Shown here piece after piece: positions 50,628-62,182 of a stretch of 64,000 nucleotides of DNA. The notes beneath the pieces are model-generated. The model saw only the letters and a program-made list of their open reading frames with translations. It was not told the origin of the DNA and ran no database searches. The first letter of the stretch is position 1. Every line of letters begins with the position of its first letter. Location: contig OZ287695.1 in assembly GCA_965649825.1 (NCBI GenBank), positions 2,035,288 through 2,099,287 of the forward strand. Reading direction: 5' to 3'. The position numbers and the translations under genes were made by a program. The DNA is from Penicillus capitatus. Its lineage: Eukaryota > Plantae > Chlorophyta.

Positions 50628-52619
50628 TCACTTCTTGTTTTTCGGTGCGGCAAAAATCTCAACGCGGCTGACGAGTAGAGAGAGGGAACGTATAGCACAT
50701 CGTGTGTGTTTTAATCCAGCCGCAAGAAGATTACGAGATCTACGGTTAGAAGAAGCTTTTGATTTCGAAAACTTGGCTCCTTGATCGTTTCGGACTGATT
50801 CTTTTCCAGGATGCGTTTCCGAAACGGGATGCCCTTTGAAATCGATCTCTTCGAATGCTTCATAGGAAATCGAGCGAATTGGCGTGATTGCTATTCTTCT
50901 ATTTATTCCCTTGGCCTTTCTCTGAGGCAGTTTCTTAAACCCAACCCCCTGTCTTAATGCAGACGGAGGTTTTTCATCTGAATTCTCCAGGTGTCGCATC
51001 GTTGGATCTGAGACAGCAGAGCGATGGAGACAGGACTCCCCTCCATCAGAGAGACCGTCCAATTCCATATCTTCTGCATACAATGTCTTTCTCCATCGAA
51101 TCTGGAGATCGGCAACGGATTTGTTTGTCTCCGTCATCGTGCGGTGTTGATCGTCGTCATCACTTTCTTCTGCATGGCTGAAAATAAGGTTGCGCCATGT
51201 TAAGGTACCCATGTTTTCTGACCGACTCCCACTGCCTCCCAACTCACACAAGGACAACATCGGCAACGAACGGGGAGACCACGTGGATGTGCGATTTGAG
51301 GTCTGTTCCAGAAAACCTCGCCCAAACGTCTCATTCTTCATCAGCTCGCTCGGGTCCAGAGGCGACGGTGGTAGACTGAATGGTGTTTCCAAATACGAAA
51401 ACTCGGGATCGTCTGTTTCGGTATCGATATCGCCGTCTTCGGCGTCGGATATGTCACTCGGCAGCATGTGATCGCCGTAGGTGGGATTGAGTGACGTGTG
51501 TTTAATGTACTGACTGTCGAACAAGTCCGTCGATGTGGGCAATGCCAGGCATCCCGTCTTGACCAAAGACTTGAAGCTTTTCATTTTGGTTTCCGCTTCA
51601 CAATCCGTATCTCCCGCATCGGAATCATCCAGAGACTCGGCAGAGTCCCTTCTGTAAGCTGGATTGATCAACAGTTGTTGATTTCGGCTGTCATGTGCGC
51701 TCTCTTTTAGCTGATGGTCACCATCGACGAACGAAGATATGCGTCGCATAGGTGGTTGTTTCTGCAGCATCTCTGTATCTTCTTCGTCACTGCTATGGAT
51801 TCCGAAGAACGTAGGATTGAGGCCATCTTTGTTGACAAAGGACTCCATACTCGTTAGCGGCGAAAAACTGTTGCCCGTACCGAAGCCGATGGAATCGGAA
51901 TCGCCATCCGAGACAGACCCCGATGGATAGTGTGAGCAATCCCCCGACGATAAGCTTTCCACACACTCTCGATCGGCATCCAGTTGTGGCCACGGAATCA
52001 TGCGGAAGACGTCCGACAGACTGTTCCTTTTATTATAGCACCTTCGGTTTCGCACGTCCTGGTCCCGATCACTGATTTCCGTTTCCCCTCCTTGTTGTCC
52101 GACGGCATCACTGGAGACAACTGTTTCGTGCGTCGTTCGGTTTCTGTTGAGAAAACATGTCCAAAGCGAAGGAAGACGTGGTCGGCTGCAAGAACGCCTT
52201 GGTCGTACGCGGATAGCTACTTGGGCAATAGCGCTCTTGGCCGCCGAGACAGCTCTGCGTGACAGGTCAATCGAATCCTCATCCTCCGAGTCACTGCCCT
52301 GTCGCCGATTGCTCCCACGACGCCGTGCTCGTTTTGTCTTGACAAAGCAATGTGTAAACAGTGAGCACGAAAAACGCAGAAAACCGAAGGCCGCCAACAT
52401 ACTGCGAATTTGCTGGATAAACGAGGCGGCAAACTTCCGCGTGCTTTGTATACAGTGTCCCAACCAATGGTAAGTAATTGTATAGAACGCTGCGCGTGTG
52501 TCGAACGGAGACGTGTTTGCTTGAAACCCAACGCGCAGCAGTCGCGTTGGAGGCAATATAAACGGTACAAAATTTCTTGTTAAACAATTATGCAGAATTC
52601 GGCGAACCGCGGGAAGCAT
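50628..52619 (-). CDS. Intronless hypothetical Ser/Asp-rich disordered protein
   Basis: Single 663-codon ORF in a region with no competing gene. The true start may be a downstream ATG (e.g. MLAAFGFL). Confidence 0.6.
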   Translation of the reverse strand: MLPAVRRILHNCLTRNFVPFILPPTRLLRVGFQANTSPFDTRAAFYTITYHWLGHCIQSTRKFAASFIQQIRSMLAAFGFLRFSCSLFTHCFVKTKRARRRGSNRRQGSDSEDEDSIDLSRRAVSAAKSAIAQVAIRVRPRRSCSRPRLPSLWTCFLNRNRTTHETVVSSDAVGQQGGETEISDRDQDVRNRRCYNKRNSLSDVFRMIPWPQLDADRECVESLSSGDCSHYPSGSVSDGDSDSIGFGTGNSFSPLTSMESFVNKDGLNPTFFGIHSSDEEDTEMLQKQPPMRRISSFVDGDHQLKESAHDSRNQQLLINPAYRRDSAESLDDSDAGDTDCEAETKMKSFKSLVKTGCLALPTSTDLFDSQYIKHTSLNPTYGDHMLPSDISDAEDGDIDTETDDPEFSYLETPFSLPPSPLDPSELMKNETFGRGFLEQTSNRTSTWSPRSLPMLSLCELGGSGSRSENMGTLTWRNLIFSHAEESDDDDQHRTMTETNKSVADLQIRWRKTLYAEDMELDGLSDGGESCLHRSAVSDPTMRHLENSDEKPPSALRQGVGFKKLPQRKAKGINRRIAITPIRSISYEAFEEIDFKGHPVSETHPGKESVRNDQGAKFSKSKASSNRRSRNLLAAGLKHTRCAIRSLSLLVSRVEIFAAPKNKK

Positions 52620-52803
52620 CGGTGCGAAGTTTCAACCGCTGTTGACACTGCTGTCACATCATGACCACGAAGCAAATGATAATCATCACCTCGAGATCCA
52701 TCTCGCGATCCTCGCTCGCTTCCTCGTCGCGCAGATCATCCGTTTTCGCGTTTTTTAAGACGGATTGCATTGTCACATTCGTCTTTTTTTGTAAACTGTC
52801 CGC

Positions 52804-54655
52804 ATGACGAACACCTCAGCAACGGCAGTTCCTCGAGGCGGGACCGCCTCTCGCTGCCCTTTTCTTGCAGCCCAACGGAGACATTTTCAATCTATTCCGC
52901 TGACGCGACCAGGAAACCGACGGCGACACAACATCGACACCGTCCGCAGTAGCAGTGGTATGAATTTTCAGATGCCTGAATCTCATGTCATCTCGAGCCA
53001 GAAAGCACTGGAATTACTACAGGCCGACCCCTCTGCCATCAACAGTACCCCCACTCGCTCTCTCCTACACTTACATTACAGGGCTCTAACCGTACAGGAT
53101 ACGTCACAGAGAAGCGCAGCAGTATTGTGGCGATGGGATTGACGGTTCAGAACTGTCCGGTCGAAATCCGTGAGAAGCTGGCAGTGCCCGAAGCAGAATG
53201 GCCGAGAGCCATCGAAGAACTCATTGCTTTTCCACACCTGGAAGAAGCAGCGGTCCTGTCCACGTGCAATCGCATGGAAGTATACGTGGTCGCCCTTTCG
53301 TGGCATCGAGGAGTCAAAGAGATCGAAGAATGGATGACGCGTGCAAGCGGCGTCCCCATCGAACAACTCAGACCCTATCTCTTCTTGCTCAGGTCACACT
53401 TTATCGTACCTCTCTCCATCTGCTGAAAAGAGTGAGTGTGATGCAGAGATCGAGACGCAACATCGCATTTGTTTCATGTCTCCGGAGGACTGGAATCTCT
53501 CGTCATGGGCGAAGGCCAAATCCTCGCGCAAGTGAAGCAAGTGTACAAGGTGAGAGCGCCTTTCCAAGGAAGGAGTGTAGAAAAGAGTGAGATGCTGTAG
53601 GTCGGACAAAACTGCCATGGATTCGGACGCCATTTAAATGGACTTTTGAAACAAGCCATCACGGCCGGAAAACGTGTCCGCAACGAAACGTCGATCTGTT
53701 CCGGCGCCGTCTCTGTGAGCTCAGCCGCCGCCGAATTGGCACAGCTGAAGCTGCCGACACACGATTTCAGTGACGCCAAGGTAAGACTCCAGCGCGTCTT
53801 CTCCACGTGTCTTCACTGCTGCCCCTGTGCAGGTCTGTATCATCGGAGCGGGACGTATGTCATCTCTCCTGGTCAAGCATCTCGCTTCGAAAGGATGCAA
53901 GAAGATTCTGCTGCTCAATCGTTCCTACCCAAGGGCCGAAGCACTGGCCGAGGAGTTCTCGGAGATCGAATTCGATATTCATTTGATGGGCGACCTTTTG
54001 CCATGCGTCGAGGATTCTGACGTGATCTTCGCTGCCTCGAGCTCCGAAGAGATTCTCATTGCAAAGGAGCATGCCTCAAACATGAAACCTGCAGGAGAGA
54101 TGGTACACTCATGATGTGTGAGAAAAGAGTGACCGATCCTTTCGGCTGCAGGTTGGCGGAATGCGTCGATTCTTTGACATCTCTGTTCCGCGGAACATCT
54201 CCAACTGCATCAACGAACTCGACGACAATCGCGTCTTCAATGTGGACGATTTGAAAGAAGTGGTAGCAGCGAACAAGGTGGAACGCAAAAAGGCGGCGCA
54301 AGAGGCCGAAGTACTGATTGACGATGAGATAAGGACATTTGAGGCATGGAGAGATTCTCTCGAGACCGTGCCAGCTATCAAAGCGCTGAGAGGCAAAGCA
54401 GAAGGCATTCGTACCGAAGAAATGGACAAGGTTATGAATAAGATGGGGGAGGGATTAAGCAAGAAGCAGCTGCGGGCTTTGGAAGATATGAGCAGAGGTA
54501 TTGTCAACAAGCTCCTGCACGGACCCATGACGGCGCTTCGATGTGACGGCACGGATCCGGCAGCCGTCGGAGAGACGTTGGCGAACATGGAAGCACTGGA
54601 ACGTATGTTTGGTCTCTCTGAAGTGGCCGAAATGCCAGGACGTGGAAAGAAATGA
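52804..54655 (+). CDS. hemA: Glutamyl-tRNA reductase, plastid
   Basis: [60 protein letters not shown] and [10 protein letters not shown], with a transit peptide. Confidence 0.97.
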
Positions 54656-55579
54656 CGACAAAGATGTCGAGACTCGATCTGAGAATGCGTAAAGGACAGT
54701 GCCAGCCAATCGACTGGTGCCCTATGTATTGTCTTTTGTCCAGACTGAGTTTTTTGGAGATTTTGATGAAATCGGATTCTCCGCAGACTCAATTGCCGTT
54801 TATGATCCTTCATTGTTTTCCTTCTCAAGGATAACGATTCATTAGAAACGTATTCATCTCCACGAACAACACGATCCCTGGACACGCACCTCGCTGTTGT
54901 ATGTCAATAGTTAACTTCATGACGTGTGTTTGCGTCCCTCGACGGATGGTGTCGGAACCCGGACGACGTGTACGCGCAACGTCTCTTCAGTGCGCACTGA
55001 GATCGATAGGTTCAAAGAGAGGGACGGTCGTCTCTGGTACGGGCGCAGTGGACGACGGATCTGCGATCTGAACAAGCACCTCTTGGGTAGTGCTCCAAGA
55101 GAGAGCGATCTGGTCAGGAGTCAATGTCTTGTGTGTGAGACAACTGCCGATGGCCGAATAAAGACAGAGAATAGCTAACAAAGGGTATGGGGTGGTTCTG
55201 CCTAAGCGCATTTCAGAAACGACGCGCCGCCTTTACATCTCTTCCAAACATCGCTCTGCGAAATCTATGCCCTAGAAATGCGCATGGCACTTCTCGAAGA
55301 GCGAAGGCGCGGTATGGCAAAGAGTAGAGAAACGTATTCGAGGAATCTGAGCGAAAATGGCGAAGATGACGGCGTCTGCTCTGCAATGGTCTACGTTAGT
55401 GCTCGTCTTTACGAGTCAACCGCGCACGGTCAATTGTGCTCTTATCTTTTCCAAGAGGCGCCACTTCGCCGCCACTCTTCATCTCATCGTCTCCGATGAC
55501 AACGAACGGCTGGAAAGGACAGATACGCGTCGAAGTGTGCCCAAATGCCGAATGGAGAGTGCGTCGATGACCTTACGCG

Positions 55580-58500
55580 ATGAGCGGCCAACGCGACTTA
55601 TGCTATCAGGATGCCTCGTTCACCGGCGAACCTCTGACCATTGACGACTTCAATGTCACCTCAGACGACTTCGACGTCGGCGGCTACAGTCAAGACATAC
55701 TTAAGAAAAACGCCACGACGTGGACTTTCTTCGCCATTTCTCTCCTCTTTCTCTTCACATTTCTTTTGTGGTCTGTCCATTGCTGCTGCTGTCGATCGGT
55801 CACACTTTTTCAGGCGTTTCTTGAGGGTCTGTTGCGTCGTATGTTGCTGTTCGAAATCGTGCGATGAACGGCGTGCACAGCACGGGAACATTCTCTGGAC
55901 CAAACGGGCCGCATTTTTGAAGGTCCGTCGTCTTAAGTCTATGCGACTCTCACTCTTTTCACTCTTTATCTTCAGGTCTGCGTTTTCGTGACGAGCATAA
56001 CGGCAATGTGCCTTGCGGCCTACAGCTCTTCGAATCTAGAAGTTACCCTCTCGGATGATGCATGGGATACCGTCCATGTCGTTAAAGTAATCACCCATTC
56101 TTACACATTCTTCGACATCACTCTTTTTGCGCAATGGGTGGAGCACAGGACAAAGTGGCATCCGTTCTCGATGCTGGCGATTCCGTTGTCGAAGGACTGG
56201 AAGGAACAATTGACTCCCTTAACGACATCGTCCACCTACTGCAAACGGATATCAACATAACTAACCTAAGACAGGACGTTCAGGTAACCAACCCCCTTCA
56301 TACGTGTGGATCCTGCGATCGATCTTTTTCGCAGTGTATTGACTCTTTCTTGACCGAGATGCCGGATCCGGCATCGCTGCGGACATCCATCTTGTCACTG
56401 GACACAATCCTGTCCGCGACACTGACCGCTGAACTGGATCTGTTTACGACCAGACTGAATGCTTTGAAGACGGGAGCACTCGGGGACATCAGCGGATCGA
56501 TCGATACCGTCCGCGCTTCGGAAAACTGGTTTCACGATTTTGAAAACGAAATCCGCGGCGTGAATGACGCCATAGATGATCTGCCTGGGTAATAATCTCT
56601 GTCGTCTCCAAGACTCCTGATCGACGATGCACTGCTCAAATGCTGTCCATAGGAGCTTCTCTGCCGATCCTGCTGCAGCAGAAGATGCCGCAAACAGACT
56701 CCAGAGTGCACAAAGATATATTCGTCCTCTGGATGACTTTGTCCTTGACCTTGAGGATCTAAAGACAGCGCTGAACGACATTGTCGACTCGGCCGCCATT
56801 TCTCAGATGACGGACATCGAATCGAGCATCGTCTCCGTTTCATCGACGATCGCCGACACCAAGACGTCACTCCAAACAGTCGAATCCGATCTTCACGCAT
56901 TCCAAACCGAGTATGATAACGTCTCTCCCTGTCTGAACGACTTCTTCGACAAAATAGCAACCATCGGCCACGAATTCATCGAGTACGTCTGTCAAATGCC
57001 AACGCATAGGTCTGCGAGCTGTTATGCACGGTAGACTTCCGATAGAGGTCGCAGACAGTAATGATCAGCTGAGCGCCGTCATCGATCCACTGGTGCAGGT
57101 CGTCGGCGCCAATGCCTCGACTCCGGATCTCTTGGACTCGATGGCCGACATTCGGGATCGGATCGATCTTTTCGACACCACAGATCTCGAGGCGCAGCTC
57201 AACATCGCAATGGACGACGTCGCTCTGATCACAGCCGACGCTTTGGCACTCGAAAGTCATATTGACGACATCATCTCAGCCATCTCGGCCTTTCAGCCTT
57301 TCATGGCCGAGCTTGGCACGAGACTGCGCACTTTCCTGAACCCTCCATCGACCGAAGGTTCCTCATTGGGTGAAGGACCGCACTTCATCCGTCTGTCTAG
57401 GAGAGTATGACGACCTGGAAAACTATGCCAAGAATGTCTTCCTTTCGGCAACCGTCTCGCTCCTGAGCCTCTCCGCCGGTGCCACCACGCGTTTTGCCGA
57501 CACGTTTGACAGTGCGAGCAGTATGGACAGCATCGAAGGAGATCTGATATCCAAACTCGACGTCGTCTCCGCATACACTAGCACGAAACGATGGAGAGAC
57601 GTTTGCTTGGTGCGCAGGCACAGACGTCCGATCTCGCTGCGACGCGCGCCATCATCAATGACCTACCTGACCTCAGCGAGATTCTTGGATCTTTGAACGA
57701 AGCCGCTGCCGCCTACGATACCCTTGGATCCAATCCAGATACCGTTCTCGTCGATGCCCAATCCTTGCTAGAGCAAATCGACGAGCTCTCGTCCGTGACG
57801 CTCAGCAACATCATCTCCTCAGTCCATAACGCTTCGGAAGCCGCAAGACGAGCATTGGAGGATGCACGAGACGAGAGCGTCTACGAACTGGAGGATTTCG
57901 AAGAAGAAAAGCGGGACCTCAAACTGAACCACTTTATCGAGGAGCCGGAAGATATTGGCTTCGCCCTTCTCGCCGAGGACGTCAATACCAAGCTCTATCA
58001 GGTCGGATGGCGACATTGGGCGCCTCTTGATTGTTTGGTCTTCTGCAGGCAACGTTGTGTTTCTATTGCATGACCATTGTGTTCTGCATCGCCCTCATGG
58101 CGTTCGTATTCATGAACTGTCAGTTTGGTATGGGTCTAACGCTGTTTCTCTTCATCTCTGTGATCATCCTGTACTACCTCGTCGCTCTGATCAGCAGCTC
58201 CATCTTGAGCGTGGAGAATGATATTTGCGCGAACCTGGAAGAAATTGTGATCCAAGAGGTCCTATCAAATCCCTCTCTCTATATCATCTCCAGCATCTAA
58301 GTCTTGTCTGTGCAGAACTCGGATGCTAAGTTGGATCATCTTCTGCGATACTACCTCACCAATCAAGGCACAATGCGATCTGTCATGCTCGAGGCGTTTG
58401 ATTTGGATTTCGGTGAAATGGAGAACAAGGCAAGAGGCGCCGTGAGCGAAGCGGCTGAGATCATGGACGACTGGGGCACCAAAAACAGAGTACCTTCCAT

Positions 58501-58988
58501 TCGCACCCTCCAACTCACGACGGACGTATTCCTTTCAGCTAAGAGATGCACTCTTGTCTGTTCCCACTTCGGTCGACGTCATTCTGCAACGCATTGCCGC
58601 GTTGGAAAGGAGTTTTGAGTATGCCGAAATGCATCCACTGTACCAAACGATCAAAGGCTTCTTCTGCTGCGACATCTCATCTTTTCTCTACACCATCTGG
58701 AAAGATCTGACGACCACAGGCAGAGACAACCGACGTTTGGCATGTCTCGAAGAAAGGGTGTGTGGTTTAGGAGCACTCTCCCTCTGTGCTATCTCTTTGG
58801 GGTTCTTGGCGCTGCACAAGATCGATAAGATGCCACGAGTCGATTGCTGTGGATGTACTTGCCGTCGTCGTTATTTCGATGATGTTCTGTCGGAGGTGGA
58901 GGAGATCAAAATCACTGCCATGCAAAAGAGTGATACCAGAGGCAGTGTCACTCGCAAAGGCACGCAACTTGGCACAGATAGAGCGTAA
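55580..58988 (+). CDS. Tweety/prominin-like five-TM protein with very large helical extracellular loop
   Basis: TM1 followed by a CCCC cluster, TM2, a long amphipathic Leu/Asp/Ser-rich region, a TM pair, a second loop, and a last TM followed by CCGCTC. Many short introns; start uncertain. Confidence 0.6.
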
Positions 58989-59246
58989 TCTGGACAATCC
59001 TTCGTCTCACTCTCTTTTCTCACACATTTGTGTGATCCCCCTTTTTGAAAATTCTCATCCGTGGTCTTTATTGCGCGTTGTAACCGACGAGTCTGGGTTT
59101 TAATTAACGTACGAGATGTTTGAACATGATGCATTATTGCGATAGCCTGCGGATCTGCGTTTTGAGTGAACAGTATTGGAGGTGCATTGGCGTCGATTCC
59201 AGGCCCGATGGTCTAACACGACGTCCTTGCTTAGGGCTCGCCAACG

Positions 59247-59974
59247 ATGTCTTCGTACAGAACCGCTTTCGTCGGTCGGACCCTTTCCAGTCGATCGCTG
59301 CCCGTGGGCGACAGTCTAAGGACACGCACCGTCAGCGTGACCATGCAAAAGGACGGGACGATTAAATTCTCGCCTAATCCTAAAGAGGCACGTGGCGTCG
59401 GTGGCAAGGTCTGACCGACAGGCAGCGTTCTGTGCCGGATCTGGTATCCATGTTAGACCACTTCCTTGGCAATTGGAACAAAGGAAAGGGAATTCCGTAC
59501 GAAGCAGTTTGGAACACCCAAAACGCCACCCAAGATCCTCAGCAAGTCAGCATCGCCTTGTCGGCTCGCAAGGATGTCGCCTTTCAGAGTGCAGGAATTG
59601 CGACTTCTGTCGAAACTGGAATCGGCAGGTCTGCTATCCGCATTGGAGAAGAATGGCTTGACATTAGCCAAGATTGAGGAGGCAGGTTTACTGACGACAG
59701 CTGAGAAATTTGGTCTGCTTTCTGCTGCAAGTGACAGGTGCGATCTCAGAGGGAGACATGAATGCGCAGACGGTGCCTTGTTCGTAGACAGACGCCCAAT
59801 CTCTTATTCACCGTGGCGTTTGTGCTGTTTGCGATCGGACCGGCGGCCGTTTACTTGATTCCGGATGGGAGTAGTGTTTTGATCGCTGCACAGGTGGCCG
59901 TGGCCTCCATCGGTGCTCTCGGTGGGGCTGCAGCCTTTGGTGGCGCATCTCTTCTGTCGACACTGCAGAAGTGA
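59247..59974 (+). CDS. DUF1118 thylakoid-type membrane protein
   Basis: [40 protein letters not shown] followed by two hydrophobic helices. Start approximate. Confidence 0.85.
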
Positions 59975-60205
59975 GAAGAGTGACCTCATGCATTGCTACG
60001 CCGTAATGGATATCTTCCTTCGTGCCATGCATATCTCCATCGGAGATCACTCTTTTGCCACATACATTCTTGTTATTCAAATTTTGGCATGCATCTTATC
60101 AAGTGGCAGAGAGTCATTTGCGTTAACCCAACAGCTGGAAGGCAAAGAAAACAGCCCGATTGATTGAGCATACACCACTGCAGAACAGTGAGCGAGATGT
60201 TGCTC

Positions 60206-60236
60206 TGATGTGACAGTAAGTCTGCGTGTCACATCA
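60206..60236. repeat. Perfect 10-bp inverted repeat (TGATGTGACA-11 nt-TGTCACATCA) between convergent genes
   Basis: Read directly: arms at 60206-60215 and 60227-60236, loop gtaagtctgcg. Confidence 0.85.
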
Positions 60237-60381
60237 TTCGTTCGTCGATATCGCGTCCATTGAGACAGAAAACTACAAGACTCAGATAAGTATTAGATGA
60301 GTTCGAAAGACATATACATTAGAATCGCAGCAGATATGTTGCCATCTATGCAATGAGATGTGTATACATAGAGTGTGACTT

Positions 60382-62182
60382 TCAGTTTCTCAGCCGCTGA
60401 GCGCTCCTCTGAACGGACACCATAATTTTCTTCGCGCTGTCACGCCAACCGACACTTTCGTTCGAAGACGGCGTCTCCTGTCTGACGCGTCGTAATCCAC
60501 GCCAGAAGAAGGATTGAGCAGAATCATGGGTTTCGTCACGGGGCCCAAAAAGAGGGGCACATGTGTAGAAGCAAACGCTGAAGCAGCTGGCGATGAAGAC
60601 GATGTAGATGGCCATACCAAGAACTAGGAAGAAACCCGATGCGGTACCGCCGTCACCATCACCTCCGCTGCTCAACCAAAAGGCAGCGTCGCGATTGCTG
60701 TCCGATCGCACATCGTCGTCACTCAACGCGACCAACGGCGCCAATAGATCCGAACGTTCGTCGAGATCCTCGTCTTCGTCTGAACTGCACGGAACCGTGG
60801 GCCAGACGCGAGGCGATGGACGTCGTACTTATCAAGTTGTGATGATATCCACGAGTAGATGGCTGGACTCTTGTCACGGTTGCCGGCTTCATCAATAGCT
60901 CGTACTTCAAATGTGTGGCGTCCCGGTCCTGCACCCTGGAGGTCAAGACACCCCCATTGCTGTCCGTTCTTTTGCAGGAGAGACATACGATGATATCGTG
61001 GGGACTTTGACATGAAAACCAATCATTCTTGTCGAGTCTGCACTGAAAGCTATTGACGCTCCAGGCGTCTTTTGCTGTGAACACAATTCTTCGGTCCGGC
61101 TGACCGAAAAGCATATCCCCCACAATCTTCGTCCGCGGTGGAGTTCTGTCAATAATCCATGACTTTGAAGCCAAAACGTCCTTCCTTCTCGCCCTCCGCT
61201 CCTTCTACACGAAATGCACGCGTTATGCGACAGGAAGCCCACGGCGGACTGCTTACAAAGATGTCGAGGCGATAGGTTCCCTCCTTTCGAATCTGCTTAT
61301 CCAATTTCAATGGCGACGTGCAGTTGTCGACCGTCCATTCGGCGATTGCGTTTCTGATAAGGATGCATCGAAACGGCCCAGGCGTCTTCGAGGCAGATGA
61401 ATCGACGGCGAACTCCACTCGAACGCTGGCCTGTTTAAAGAAGACACGTCCGCCGTCCTCCTAGACACCACGTTACACCACACTTTTCCCTAGACAGTCT
61501 CTACCTTTGAGATATTGGGTGCTCGGCGCAGTTGTCGCCGATAATTGTGAAAGAGATGTGTTGAGGGGTCGACTTTAGCTCGCTGCTCCAATCTGCTGTT
61601 GTCATTCGCCTGCCTCGACTCTTCTGAGACACCTTAAAACGAACAGGGAGTTTGCAGAAGGTCCTTCTGAGTAAAGTACTCCGACCACTCTCTTGCCGAT
61701 GTATGCCACCGAGACCAGACGAGAAGAATAAGTTGGATAGAAACACACACCAAAAAAGACAGTTACGCAGCATGAGAATGGCGCCGTCGACAGCAAACTC
61801 TCTGGCTCGCTGGTTTGCAAATGTATTTAATGGAAGGTGACTTCTGTCTTGTGCTAACCGATCGACTTCTATTCTTCTCGACGGGCCTTTGCAGATTGCA
61901 CCCCGCACCGTGCCATTCACTTCTTCCGCAAGACGACGGTACTGCGCTGCTGCGTAAGAGGGGACCCTGACCTCACCGTCAACTTCGACGGATAGAAGGA
62001 ATACGCTCGTGTTGTGGGATGATGCATTGTTCTCTGCCATCTCGACAAGCGTAGGTCACACTGCCCGTCAAGTTGACGTATCTGCCATCGTTTTCAATAG
62101 TGCGATTCTCGAGACTGTCTAGTTGCCCGGTATGTGAGAGCGCAGTCTGTCGGGACAGTGATTGGATGTAGGAATGAGGCAT
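60382..62182 (-). CDS. Single-pass membrane protein with bacterial-type Ig-like repeat module(s); 5' end unresolved
   Basis: DRTPPRTKI..FQCRLDKNDWFSCQSP..GRHTFEVRAIDEAGNRDKSPAIYSW; an upstream related unit (FRCIL..NCTSP..EGTYRLDIFV); and a C-terminal TM (GFFLVLGMAIYIVFIASCFSV). Confidence 0.6.

Noticed and set aside
54987-55211. 74-aa minus-strand ORF with a signal-peptide-like start
   Set aside because: Short, with no motif or splice support; such ORFs are expected by chance.
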